Below, piece by piece: positions 1 through 7,891 of a DNA stretch of 40,210 nt. Position 1 is the stretch's first letter. Each line of letters starts with the position of its first letter. Both the position numbers and the translations under genes were made by a program. Source of the stretch: a virus; the IMG/VR virus record IMGVR_UViG_3300009964_000014, positions 1-40,210 of that record; one strand, given 5' to 3'. The notes beneath the pieces are model-generated. The model saw nothing but the letters and a program-made list of their open reading frames with translations, did not search any database and was not told where the DNA came from.

Positions 1-127
1 ATTTTACTGTAATTTCTGCTTGTTTATCAAAAACAATAGGTGTTCCTAACTTAGGCTCATTACTAGTTTTCTTTTCTTCTTTTTGTTCAGTTTTATTAGA
101 AGATGAACTAGTCTCTGTTTTTGAAGA
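1..127. repeat. Terminal duplication: 1..127 is identical to 40084..40210 (circular-closure overlap)
   Basis: Base-by-base comparison of both window ends. The copy starts at window base 1 and the other ends at the last base. An ORF is continuous across the junction. Confidence 0.95.
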
Positions 128-190
128 GCAACCACTTAATACAACTGCTCCAGCTAATAATGTACTTAATAATACTTTTGTTTTTTTCAT
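1..190 (-). CDS. Lipoprotein, N-terminal part; the gene wraps the window ends and its C-terminal part is 39773..40210
   Basis: ATG at complement 190..188 is preceded by AGGAG. It translates MKKTKVLLSTLLAGAVVLSGCSSK, a signal peptide with an L-S-G-C lipobox. The frame runs off base 1 and continues without stops into 40083..39773. The total on the 40,083-bp unit is 501 nt. Confidence 0.8.
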   Translation of the reverse strand, partial: MKKTKVLLSTLLAGAVVLSGCSSKTETSSSSNKTEQKEEKKTSNEPKLGTPIVFDKQAEITVK

Positions 191-240
191 TTTATAAACT
201 CCTATTTGTATATTTTTTTGGTGGTTAAAAAACCATGTTG

Positions 241-260
241 GATAGCTAAAACTAGCTATC
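241..260 (-). other. Perfect 8-bp stem-loop (GATAGCTA-AAAC-TAGCTATC) at the 3' end of the repressor gene
   Basis: Inverted repeat read directly. It overlaps the repressor stop codon. The T-run on the minus strand starts only about 8 nt later, so this is a partial terminator or processing site between the repressor and lipoprotein genes. Confidence 0.4.
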
Positions 261-901
261 TAAAATTTACGTCTTAACTCTACAACTTTACCTATTATTG
301 TTACAGGTAAGCTCTCTATTTCTTCGTTTGTGTAAAACGTAGGAGTGTAGCTACTGTTGTTAGGAATAAGCATAATCCCATTGTTAGAGCGTTCGTATCT
401 CTTACACGTTGCATCATATCCGTTAACCATCGCTATTACCGTGTCCCCGTTATCCGCTGTACTTTGCTTTCTCACTATCACTACATCCCCGTTAGTTAGT
501 ATTGGCATCATGGAATCCCCTTTTATCTTCAAACCGAAGAACTCCCCTTGATTTTCCCAACTCTTCGGTATCTCTTCATAGTCCAGAATGTCCTCAACGG
601 CTGCAATAGGTATTCCAGCCGGAACAGTACCAAGAACTGCTATTTTAATTCCTTGTGATGTATTATTATTTTCTTTTTTGTCTTCTAACAAATTACTTCT
701 TTCTATATTTAAGTAATTACAAATCTTATCTATTTTATCCATTCTAGGTGTGTTGTAACCTTTAACATAGTTATTTATAGTAGTGTTACTAACTCCTATT
801 GCCTTTGCTAAATCAAGTTGAGTTTTATTCCTTAACTTTAAATAGTATTTCAAGTTTTTAGAGAAAATACTTTGAATTTGTTTTTCACTCATTTTTAACA
901 C
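260..901 (-). CDS. CI-like phage repressor (XRE HTH plus LexA/S24 autopeptidase domain)
   Basis: N-terminal HTH (LRNKTQLDLAKAIGVSNTTINNYVKG). C-terminal S24 motifs GDSMMP and a CKRY lysine. GAGGTG RBS. Divergent from a cro-like gene. Confidence 0.9.
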   Translation of the reverse strand: MLKMSEKQIQSIFSKNLKYYLKLRNKTQLDLAKAIGVSNTTINNYVKGYNTPRMDKIDKICNYLNIERSNLLEDKKENNNTSQGIKIAVLGTVPAGIPIAAVEDILDYEEIPKSWENQGEFFGLKIKGDSMMPILTNGDVVIVRKQSTADNGDTVIAMVNGYDATCKRYERSNNGIMLIPNNSSYTPTFYTNEEIESLPVTIIGKVVELRRKF

Positions 902-915
902 CTCTCTTATAAGTA

Positions 916-944
916 ATTATAAACTTTAACTTGAAAAAAATCAA
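916..944 (-). promoter_or_regulatory. Candidate repressor-maintenance promoter
   Basis: On the minus strand, TTGATT (939..944), a 17-nt spacer, then TATAAT (916..921), just upstream of the repressor RBS. Confidence 0.45.
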
Positions 945-1007
945 GTAAAAAATAAAAAAAATCAAGTTTTTTTTGAAAAAAATACTTGACATCAACTTAA
1001 AGTTGAT
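929..1007. promoter_or_regulatory. Operator cluster of the genetic switch (TCAAGT/ACTTGA half-sites and a 17-bp palindrome)
   Basis: ACTTGA 929..934 pairs with TCAAGT 941..946. Further half-sites are TCAAGT 962..967 and ACTTGA 984..989. The perfect palindrome ATCAACTT-A-AAGTTGAT lies at 991..1007, inside the spacer of the rightward promoter. Confidence 0.6.
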
Positions 1008-1014
1008 TTATAAT
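986..1014 (+). promoter_or_regulatory. Early rightward promoter (PR-like)
   Basis: Consensus TTGACA 986..991, a 17-nt spacer, and consensus TATAAT 1009..1014, upstream of the cro-like gene. Confidence 0.7.
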
Positions 1015-1045
1015 AAAGGTACAACAAGAAAAGGAGGTGCAGTTA

Positions 1046-1240
1046 GTGAAATTATCCTTAAAAAGTGCGAGAGTAAACGCAGGTTACACTCAAGTAGATG
1101 TAGCTAAATTGTTAGGAAAACATCCATCTACTATTCTCAACTGGGAAAAAGGAGGCGGAAAAAATATAAACTGGTATGATTTTCAAAGATTATGCGAATT
1201 ATACAAAGTAGACCCTAACATTATTTTTTTTAAAAAGTAA
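1046..1240 (+). CDS. Cro-like XRE-family HTH regulator
   Basis: HTH GYTQVDVAKLLGKHPSTILNWEKG. The track start GTG 1037 sits inside the AAGGAGG Shine-Dalgarno, so in-frame GTG 1046, 8 nt after the SD, is the more likely start. Confidence 0.75.
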   Translation: MKLSLKSARVNAGYTQVDVAKLLGKHPSTILNWEKGGGKNINWYDFQRLCELYKVDPNIIFFKK

Positions 1241-1264
1241 ATCAAGTTTAAGTTGATTTATTAT
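1241..1264 (+). promoter_or_regulatory. Second copy of the operator palindrome plus a -10-like box, directly after the cro stop
   Basis: ATCAAGTTTAAGTTGAT (1241..1257) followed by TTATTATAAAAGG closely repeats 991..1020 (ATCAACTTAAAGTTGATTTATAATAAAGG). Confidence 0.5.
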
Positions 1265-1279
1265 AAAAGGAGTGATTCA

Positions 1280-1456
1280 ATGGAAGAAAGTAAAAAGATG
1301 AAATTTACCATTAAAGATAATAGATACTATTTAAATGAAACTAAATTAGAAAAGTTAATTAGTTATAATATCGATTCTGATAATGATAGAACAAAACTTA
1401 CTATTGAATTAATACTAGATGATTTAGAAATTAATTCAACAAAAAATAAGGAGTGA
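1280..1456 (+). CDS. Hypothetical small early protein
   Basis: ORF-track frame. ATG 1280 follows a GGAG RBS. The upstream TTG start at 1253 lies in the operator copy and is unlikely. Confidence 0.5.
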   Translation: MEESKKMKFTIKDNRYYLNETKLEKLISYNIDSDNDRTKLTIELILDDLEINSTKNKE

Positions 1457-1460
1457 TTGA

Positions 1461-1787
1461 ATGGAGGAAATAAAACTTGACTTAGTAGAATTGCAAAAAC
1501 TAGATTTAACTTTTCCTTATATATCAAAAGAAGATATTAAGAAATGTTTTAACATTAAAGATACAACTTACATCAAATGGAAAAAACAATTCTTACAAAA
1601 AGTAGATGAGAAGTTTTATCCACGAGGTAGTTGTTTAAAACTAGGAAAAGAGCAGTTTAATATATATGCATTTCTACACTTTGCAACAAACTATGACTAC
1701 TTTCAAGATAAAAGGTTATCGGAGTATATCGAGCCTTACTCAAGAAAAACAGTACAAATTTTTAGAGAAGAACTAGGAGTTAAATAA
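1461..1787 (+). CDS. Hypothetical early protein (possible DNA-binding or excisionase-like, unproven)
   Basis: ORF with an AAGGAG RBS. Its position right after cro is where small Xis/DUF771-like proteins sit in related phages. That assignment rests on memory only. Confidence 0.45.
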   Translation: MEEIKLDLVELQKLDLTFPYISKEDIKKCFNIKDTTYIKWKKQFLQKVDEKFYPRGSCLKLGKEQFNIYAFLHFATNYDYFQDKRLSEYIEPYSRKTVQIFREELGVK

Positions 1788-1970
1788 ATGAAATTACCAA
1801 AAATCAAAAAAGACAAATTACACGTTATATACTGGACTATCGCTGTTGTAAGTATTTGTTTTCTTACATTAACAAATGTTGACTGGAAACAAATAGCAGG
1901 ACTTGCAACAGGAATAGGAATATTAATACAAGCAATATTTGATAAAGAGTTCAGTAAAAAATATTTTTAG
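1788..1970 (+). CDS. Small membrane protein
   Basis: The start ATG overlaps the previous stop (TAAATG). It has two hydrophobic stretches (VIYWTIAVVSICFLTL and IAGLATGIGILIQAIF). Confidence 0.5.
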   Translation: MKLPKIKKDKLHVIYWTIAVVSICFLTLTNVDWKQIAGLATGIGILIQAIFDKEFSKKYF

Positions 1971-1980
1971 GAGGTATTAA

Positions 1981-2487
1981 ATGAAAGCATTACAACTACA
2001 CGAAAGGTTAATAAAAGCACAAGACTTGCAGCAAGAAGTCGATTCATACATGAAAGTATGGAATGAAATCCATATAGAAACTGCACTTTGCGAAGAGTTT
2101 CACGAGTGGTACAACGCACTAGGACTTTTCAAAGATTGGAAAAAGCATAAAACAGCTAAAGAAAAGCAACTAGATGAATTAGCAGACTGCTTAGCATTTG
2201 CACTATCACTACTTAATCACAAACATAAAACATTTAGTTATGATAGAAGTAAATTTACATTAAAAAGAATTAGCAATAAAGAGCATAAAAATGCAATGTT
2301 AAACGAAATAAAAACAGGTTACTTATTTAATAAGAGAGTTGGAACTACTGTATATATTCAAGAGCCTGAGAACGCAATAGAGTTAATTATTGATATAGCG
2401 ATTTTATTTTACACATTAGAAGAGTTATTCGAAGCATATGAGAAAAAGTCTTTAGTAAACATTCAAAGACAAAAAGACGGATATTAA
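1981..2487 (+). CDS. All-alpha NTP pyrophosphohydrolase (dimeric dUTPase/MazG-like)
   Basis: EEFHEWYN...WKKHK...QLDELADCLAFALSL resembles the acidic metal-binding helices of dimeric dUTPases. GGAGG RBS. Confidence 0.5.
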   Translation: MKALQLHERLIKAQDLQQEVDSYMKVWNEIHIETALCEEFHEWYNALGLFKDWKKHKTAKEKQLDELADCLAFALSLLNHKHKTFSYDRSKFTLKRISNKEHKNAMLNEIKTGYLFNKRVGTTVYIQEPENAIELIIDIAILFYTLEELFEAYEKKSLVNIQRQKDGY

Positions 2488-2502
2488 TATAGAGGTAAAA
2501 AA

Positions 2503-2754
2503 ATGAAAGAATATAGAATCAATTTATGGGAATTAATGGCAGAGAGACGTGTAAAAACTAGTGATGTAGTAAGAGGTACTGGTTTAAGCTACCCAACAGT
2601 ACACAAAATAAAACACAACAAAAGTCAAGAGGTTAGTTTTTATGTAATAGATGTATTGTGTAACTACTTCAATATAACACCCGCAGAATTATTTAGCGAA
2701 GTAAAACCAGTTAAGGCAACTAACCCATTACATAAAGAAACAAAAGAAAAATAA
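2503..2754 (+). CDS. XRE-family HTH protein
   Basis: VKTSDVVRGTGLSYPTVHKIKHNK...LCNYFNITPAELF is a typical Cro/CI-type HTH. Confidence 0.7.
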   Translation: MKEYRINLWELMAERRVKTSDVVRGTGLSYPTVHKIKHNKSQEVSFYVIDVLCNYFNITPAELFSEVKPVKATNPLHKETKEK

Positions 2755-2840
2755 AAAAAGCAGCTGTTAAAAAAACAGCCACTTAAAAAATATACTTAAT
2801 TACATTTTAAAATAAATAAATTAAAAAGTCAATAGGAGGA

Positions 2841-3197
2841 ATGATGGAGGTACAAAAATTAAAAGCAGCTAAAGACAGCTTAAACATAGCGATAGAGTTA
2901 TTAAATGAATGTGAGCAAGATGTAAGGTTGTTAGAAGTAAAAAGAGATGATATAGACGAGTTAATAGAATCGAAGAGTATTCGAACATTTAACAAACTAA
3001 ACAAGCTAAATGAAAATCAAGTAATAATATTAGATAAACTAAAAGAGCTAGATGACGATTATATCATTTCTACAATTTGCAATTTCTGTGATTCGTATAC
3101 TGAAAAAGCAGAAGTAGAGAACGCATTTACAAGTTTAAATAAGCAAGAAGAACTAGAAATAATAGAGAGTTATACGAAGTATTTAAGGAGGAAGTAA
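2841..3197 (+). CDS. Hypothetical coiled-coil protein
   Basis: ORF with an AGGAGG RBS. Acidic, heptad-like composition. Confidence 0.5.
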   Translation: MMEVQKLKAAKDSLNIAIELLNECEQDVRLLEVKRDDIDELIESKSIRTFNKLNKLNENQVIILDKLKELDDDYIISTICNFCDSYTEKAEVENAFTSLNKQEELEIIESYTKYLRRK

Positions 3198-3202
3198 TAT
3201 AA

Positions 3203-3766
3203 ATGAAAAAACTTTTACAAGCAAGAGTATTATTACAAAAAAAGAAGATTAAAAAAACAGGATTCAACAAGTACACGAATCAAAAATATTTTGAACTATC
3301 TGACTTTTTACCATTAGCAAATGAAATATTTGATAGTTTGAAATTATATCCGCATTTTACCTTATATAAGGATAGCGCAAAGATAACATTTACTGACTTA
3401 GACACAAATGAAAAAGTTCAGTACACAATACCAAGTCAAACAACTGTAGGAGCTAATATGCAAACAATAGGAGGTATCATCACATATAGCAAAAGATACC
3501 TATATATGAACGCACTAGAAATAGCAGAAAGTGATGTGTTAGAGCAAAATATACAGAATTATCAACCTACACCGCAGGCGGTTAAAGTTGCTACTAAATT
3601 CAACAGAAACGAAGCACTCTCAACGATGCATACTCACAAAGTTGAATTAAGTCAAATAGATGGTTGGTTAAAGAAAAAGAATTTAAGTGTTGAATCGTTA
3701 GAAGAAATACCAGATAAGGAGCTTGAGGAATTATGGAAAAACTTTTGTCAAAGTATAAAAAAATAA
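3203..3766 (+). CDS. erf: ERF-family single-strand annealing protein
   Basis: GFNKYTNQKYFELSDFLPLANE... and GGIITYSKRYLYMNALEI match the ERF core as I recall it. It sits next to exonuclease and SSB genes. Confidence 0.7.
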   Translation: MKKLLQARVLLQKKKIKKTGFNKYTNQKYFELSDFLPLANEIFDSLKLYPHFTLYKDSAKITFTDLDTNEKVQYTIPSQTTVGANMQTIGGIITYSKRYLYMNALEIAESDVLEQNIQNYQPTPQAVKVATKFNRNEALSTMHTHKVELSQIDGWLKKKNLSVESLEEIPDKELEELWKNFCQSIKK

Positions 3767-4008
3767 ATGAAAAAATAGATATGCTAAATATCGAGAAAGA
3801 AGAAGTAAGACAAGAAATACTATTGAAGATGAAAACTGATAATTTAGATAAGTTTGAGAATGATGTAGCAAAAGTTAGCATTAAGCCTGCTTACTTTAGA
3901 AAATCATTTAATAGTAAAGATTTTAAAGCAGATAACCCGTTCTTATACGACCAGTATATAAAAGAAACGGAGATTCAAGAAAATGTCAACATCAAATTAC
4001 AACTTTAA
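3733..4008 (+). CDS. Hypothetical protein in the recombination module
   Basis: ORF with an AAGGAG RBS. It overlaps both neighbouring genes. Confidence 0.45.
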   Translation: MEKLLSKYKKINEKIDMLNIEKEEVRQEILLKMKTDNLDKFENDVAKVSIKPAYFRKSFNSKDFKADNPFLYDQYIKETEIQENVNIKLQL

Positions 4009-4555
4009 ATTCGATGAAGTAACACATACTTATTATTTAGATGATAAGAAGTTGTTAAGTGTTACTCAATGTATCAAACTCTTACTAGGAGAGCAATACG
4101 AGGGAGTGCCTTACAACATTTTAAAACAAGCTGGAGATTATGGAACTAGAGTACATTTCCTAATAGAGAGCTTAGAAGATGGGATAGAATGGCAAACAAA
4201 CAACATTTACGAAGAAAACGCAATTAAGCAATATAAAAAGATAAAAGACTTTGAAACATTAGATAAAGAAATGTTTGTTCTTTACAAAGATATATATTGT
4301 GGACGTGTAGATGGAGTAGGGGAGAACATAATATACGATGTAAAGACTACATCAAAGCTAAATAAAGAGTATTTAAAGTATCAGTTATCGCTTTACTTAA
4401 TAGCTTATGACGAATCTAATTATAGCAATTATAAAGGTTACGTGTTATGGCTGCCAAAAAAAAGTATAGGAAAGAAAGTTGAAATAGAACTATTTACAAA
4501 AGAAGAAGTATTAAAAATTATAGAAAAAATAAAGGAGATAAAACTCAATGATTAA
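3983..4555 (+). CDS. PD-(D/E)XK family exonuclease (RecB/Cas4-like fold)
   Basis: GTRVH...E motif, then GRVDGV...IIYDVKT (D...D-x-K), in an Erf/SSB context. Confidence 0.65.
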   Translation: MSTSNYNFKFDEVTHTYYLDDKKLLSVTQCIKLLLGEQYEGVPYNILKQAGDYGTRVHFLIESLEDGIEWQTNNIYEENAIKQYKKIKDFETLDKEMFVLYKDIYCGRVDGVGENIIYDVKTTSKLNKEYLKYQLSLYLIAYDESNYSNYKGYVLWLPKKSIGKKVEIELFTKEEVLKIIEKIKEIKLND

Positions 4556-5087
4556 TAATGTAGTATTAGTAGGAAGAATAACAAAAGATATAGATTTAAG
4601 AATGTCAGAAAGCGGAAAAGCATACACAAACTTTACTTTAGCAGTAAATAGAGCTTTTAAAGGGCAGGATGGACAACAACAAGCAGATTTTATAAGCTGC
4701 AAGACTTTCAATAAACAAGCAGAGAATTTAGCTAGATATTGTGGTAAAGGTAGTTTAATAGCAGTTGTAGGTAGTATTCAAGTAAGCAACTTTCAAGGCA
4801 AAGACGGAAACACGGTCTATAGAACAGAAGTAATTGCTAACAACATTCAATTTTTAGATACGAGAAATCAAGGGCAGCAACAACAACAACCAACAAATAA
4901 TAATTTCAACAACTTCAACCAACAACCTAATGCGATAGATGTAATCAATCAACAACATCAACAACAAGGAATGAACTTCAACAACACGGGATTAAGAAAT
5001 AATAATACAGTCTTTGATAATTTTGGAAATAACTTTAATCCTAATGACTTCATGCAAGATGTAGTGAATCCATTTACAAATGAATAG
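4548..5087 (+). CDS. ssb: Single-stranded DNA-binding protein with a Q/N-rich tail
   Basis: MINNVVLVGRITKDIDLR...FTLAVNR...DFISCKTFNKQAENLARY is the canonical OB-fold SSB start. AAGGAG RBS. Confidence 0.9.
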   Translation: MINNVVLVGRITKDIDLRMSESGKAYTNFTLAVNRAFKGQDGQQQADFISCKTFNKQAENLARYCGKGSLIAVVGSIQVSNFQGKDGNTVYRTEVIANNIQFLDTRNQGQQQQQPTNNNFNNFNQQPNAIDVINQQHQQQGMNFNNTGLRNNNTVFDNFGNNFNPNDFMQDVVNPFTNE

Positions 5088-5090
5088 AAT

Positions 5091-6047
5091 ATGTCAAATG
5101 TATTCAACAATAAGGAATCAAAGGTATTATTGTTAAACCTGCAGTTGTTAGAAGTTTTAGGAAAAGGAAAAGTAAACGAAGCATTAATATTACAGCAGAT
5201 AGACTACTGGACGACAATTAACAAGAAAAAGAATGAGCTTTTTATAGACAATGAATACTGGTTATTCAGTTCAGTAAATCAAATGTTCGAAAGAGATTTT
5301 AAGTTTTGTTTTGGAGTAGACACTCTAAAAAGAGCATTAGTTAAACTTGAAAAAGACGGTTACATAATTACACAAAAACACAAAAACGGAAAATTATATA
5401 GAATAAATTACCAAAAAATAGATGAAGTTTATAACCTTAAAACAGATAAAAATATTAACATTAAAGAGATAAAAAAAGATAAAACTGAAAATCAAATACA
5501 AAATTCAGAGTTAGGGCAAAATGCACCAACCTCAAAAATGAAAAATGAAACTGAGGTTAGGGCAAAATGCCCCAACCAACAGGGCAAAATGCACCAACTA
5601 GGTAAGGGCAATTTGCACCAACCATTAGGGCAAAATGCACTAACCATAAATAAGATTAATTATAAGATTAATATATATAATAATTATAATAACTTTATCA
5701 AAGAGATACTTAGTAATAATACAATGCTTGATAAAGTTAAGTTAAAGCTAGATATAGATTTATATAATTTTTGGTTTAATGCTATAAAACAAGACGTTAA
5801 GCAAGTTATAGCTAATATACAAGCTACAGACGATAGCAAAACGTATAGTATAAACAACGAGGGCGTAGCAGTATCAAGCATTAAGAAGTGTTTGAATAGC
5901 TTAACTGAACAAAACATAAATTATTGCACAGAGCAAATCTTAAAAACTAAAAAAATTAATATTTTTGAAAACTATGTAATCGCAAGTTTGTACAATTCTA
6001 CAAAATCTAAAAATTATGAATTTAACTATAATTGGTTAGAAGATTAG
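5091..6047 (+). CDS. Replication initiator / replisome organiser (winged-helix N-terminal domain)
   Basis: EALILQQIDYW...YWLFSSVNQMFERDF...DTLKRALVKLEKDGYI resembles the RepA_N/DnaD-like organiser N-domain. The gene contains an iteron array. Confidence 0.65.
   Translation: MSNVFNNKESKVLLLNLQLLEVLGKGKVNEALILQQIDYWTTINKKKNELFIDNEYWLFSSVNQMFERDFKFCFGVDTLKRALVKLEKDGYIITQKHKNGKLYRINYQKIDEVYNLKTDKNINIKEIKKDKTENQIQNSELGQNAPTSKMKNETEVRAKCPNQQGKMHQLGKGNLHQPLGQNALTINKINYKINIYNNYNNFIKEILSNNTMLDKVKLKLDIDLYNFWFNAIKQDVKQVIANIQATDDSKTYSINNEGVAVSSIKKCLNSLTEQNINYCTEQILKTKKINIFENYVIASLYNSTKSKNYEFNYNWLED
5513..5644 (+). repeat. Origin iterons: five copies of AGGGCAAAATGCACCAAC, followed by an AT-rich block at 5645..5700
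   Basis: Copies lie at 5513, 5559, 5581, 5605 and 5627, with 0-2 mismatches. The spacings of 46/22/24/22 nt are not multiples of 3, so the repeat is conserved as DNA rather than as peptide. Confidence 0.75.
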
Positions 6048-6061
6048 GAGAGTTAAACAAA

Positions 6062-6505
6062 TTGAAATTTTATGTAAAGATGGATGAAGTACCAAAGACT
6101 ACAGCACAACAAAAAAAGTTCTCAACAAGAACAAAAACATTTTATAAAACATCGAAAATTAAGCAGTCAGAATATTTACTTGTAAGAGCATTAAGCGGGA
6201 GACAACCACGTAAGACTTACGACACACCTATAGAATTAAGTGTAACGTGGTTATTTCCACACACAAAGAAATCTAAAGACGGAGAAAGGAAAGCAACTAG
6301 ACCAGACTTAGACAACTTACAGAAGTTGCTGCAAGATATAATGTGTAAGTTAGGATATTACAAGGACGATAGCTTAATAACAGATTTAATAATTAAAAAG
6401 AGATGGCACAGGCACAGCGGTTTAATTATCCAGATTAAAGAAGTAGAAACAATAGATAATGAGTTAAATAAAGAGATAGAGGAGTTAATAAATGGCAAAG
6501 AGTAA
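6062..6505 (+). CDS. rusA: RusA-family Holliday junction resolvase
   Basis: RKATRPDLDNLQKLLQDIM...YKDDSLI matches the catalytic Asp motifs of RusA. The start is uncertain: TTG 6062 follows AGGAG, and the track gives TTG 6032. Confidence 0.7.
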   Translation: MKFYVKMDEVPKTTAQQKKFSTRTKTFYKTSKIKQSEYLLVRALSGRQPRKTYDTPIELSVTWLFPHTKKSKDGERKATRPDLDNLQKLLQDIMCKLGYYKDDSLITDLIIKKRWHRHSGLIIQIKEVETIDNELNKEIEELINGKE

Positions 6506-6929
6506 GAAGAAAAAGGGAGGAAACAAGAGGTTTAGAAAGTCAAATCTAGTTCTTGCGAATCCTACAGCTTTTGCAAACATAGTTAGAAATGATGCAATAA
6601 AAAAACTAGAGCCAGAAGTTAGACGGATGGAAGAAGAATTAATTCAAAAAGAAAAAGAGATGGAGGACTTAGTATATCAAGGTTTATTTGTTAAGTTACT
6701 AGGAATACCATTACTAACTTTAAGAAATAGAGGTTATGGCAAGAAAAGATTAGAAGAGTTCTATAACGAGATGTACGAGATTTTTAAAGATTTTCACTTA
6801 GAAAGATTAAGTACTAACGACATAGCAGAAGCTATATACGATGAAACAGGATTCGACCTATTAACGCAAAAGAAAGAGTTTGCTAAATGGTTGCAAGAAC
6901 ATAAATTCGATAAAGAGAGAGGAAAATAA
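6492..6929 (+). CDS. Hypothetical protein (basic N-terminus)
   Basis: ORF with a GAGGAG RBS, tightly packed against its neighbours. Confidence 0.5.
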   Translation: MAKSKKKKGGNKRFRKSNLVLANPTAFANIVRNDAIKKLEPEVRRMEEELIQKEKEMEDLVYQGLFVKLLGIPLLTLRNRGYGKKRLEEFYNEMYEIFKDFHLERLSTNDIAEAIYDETGFDLLTQKKEFAKWLQEHKFDKERGK

Positions 6930-6932
6930 AAA

Positions 6933-7217
6933 ATGAAAAAAGAGTTTTGGCAGTTAAAAAGGATGGTTACAGGAAAAGAAATAGCACCAGCATTCACGGA
7001 TGTAGAGGTAATCTATTTCAGATACGACAACAGAATCTACAGACTCGATAAAGAGGGAGTACGTAGTAGAACGTATGGACAAACTACTATACCACTAGAA
7101 TTATTTGAGAATGATAGAACAGAAGTTGAACTATTAGAAATACATTTCTTTGAAGAAGTTAAAGAAGATAAAGAAGAGAAAGGAATAGAAAAATATGCAA
7201 CAGTTGGCTCAGAATAA
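6933..7217 (+). CDS. Hypothetical protein
   Basis: ORF track entry, packed in the operon. Confidence 0.5.
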   Translation: MKKEFWQLKRMVTGKEIAPAFTDVEVIYFRYDNRIYRLDKEGVRSRTYGQTTIPLELFENDRTEVELLEIHFFEEVKEDKEEKGIEKYATVGSE

Positions 7218-7719
7218 TTTATTTACAGCATTTAACAATATAGAGAAAATAAAAGAAGAAAGGAAAGTAAAACCAGTGATTAGAGTTGAAGAAATGATTA
7301 GAACTATTAAAGAACATTACAATTTAAACGCACCTATGCTAGCACATAATCTAGGAGTAGATGTACAAGCTATTTACAGATGGGAGAAAGGCGGACGACC
7401 TAGTGTAAAGCGATATAACAAGATTAAAGAGCTTTATGAGGAAATTACAAGGGAAGATAAAACAGAAGTCTTAGAACAGCCAGAAATAGCTAATAAAGAG
7501 GTTATAGAAGATATTACAGCAGGTACACCGTTTATTACTTTAACAGGAGTAGGAAATAGCGGGAAATTTATTATAAATGCAAACAGAATTAATAAAATGA
7601 AATTTTATCTTACTTGTACAGAAATTCATATCAATGAAGAATATATAAGGGTTAAAGAAAGTCCTGCGGAGATATTTGAACTAATTAGAAAAAACTCAAA
7701 AGAAAATGACAAAAACTAA
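7195..7719 (+). CDS. HTH-domain protein with an uncharacterised C-terminal domain
   Basis: MLAHNLGVDVQAIYRWEKGGRPS is a central HTH. The C-terminus (FIINANRINK...IRVKESPAEIFELI) loosely recalls the FlbD/SwrD fold, from memory only. Confidence 0.5.
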   Translation: MQQLAQNNLFTAFNNIEKIKEERKVKPVIRVEEMIRTIKEHYNLNAPMLAHNLGVDVQAIYRWEKGGRPSVKRYNKIKELYEEITREDKTEVLEQPEIANKEVIEDITAGTPFITLTGVGNSGKFIINANRINKMKFYLTCTEIHINEEYIRVKESPAEIFELIRKNSKENDKN

Positions 7720-7891
7720 ACTTGATGAGTTTATGAAGAAAAATAAAATAACTAATGTAGAGTTAGCTAGGTTAACTGGACTTCATAGAAAGACTATACA
7801 AGAAGCTAGAGAGGGAATAATTAAACCTAGATACAGAACGTTAAGAAAAATAAATAAAGCGTTAGAGGTAATATATATTGATAGAACATAA
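7706..7891 (+). CDS. Small HTH protein
   Basis: ITNVELARLTGLHRKTIQEAREG. Confidence 0.55.
   Translation: MTKTKLDEFMKKNKITNVELARLTGLHRKTIQEAREGIIKPRYRTLRKINKALEVIYIDRT

Noticed and set aside
2763-2779. Hairpins at 2763..2779 and 9419..9449 as plus-strand intrinsic terminators
   Set aside because: Neither is followed by a T-run on the plus strand. The first has its T-run on the minus strand only. They may be RNA processing or stability elements but cannot be called terminators from sequence.
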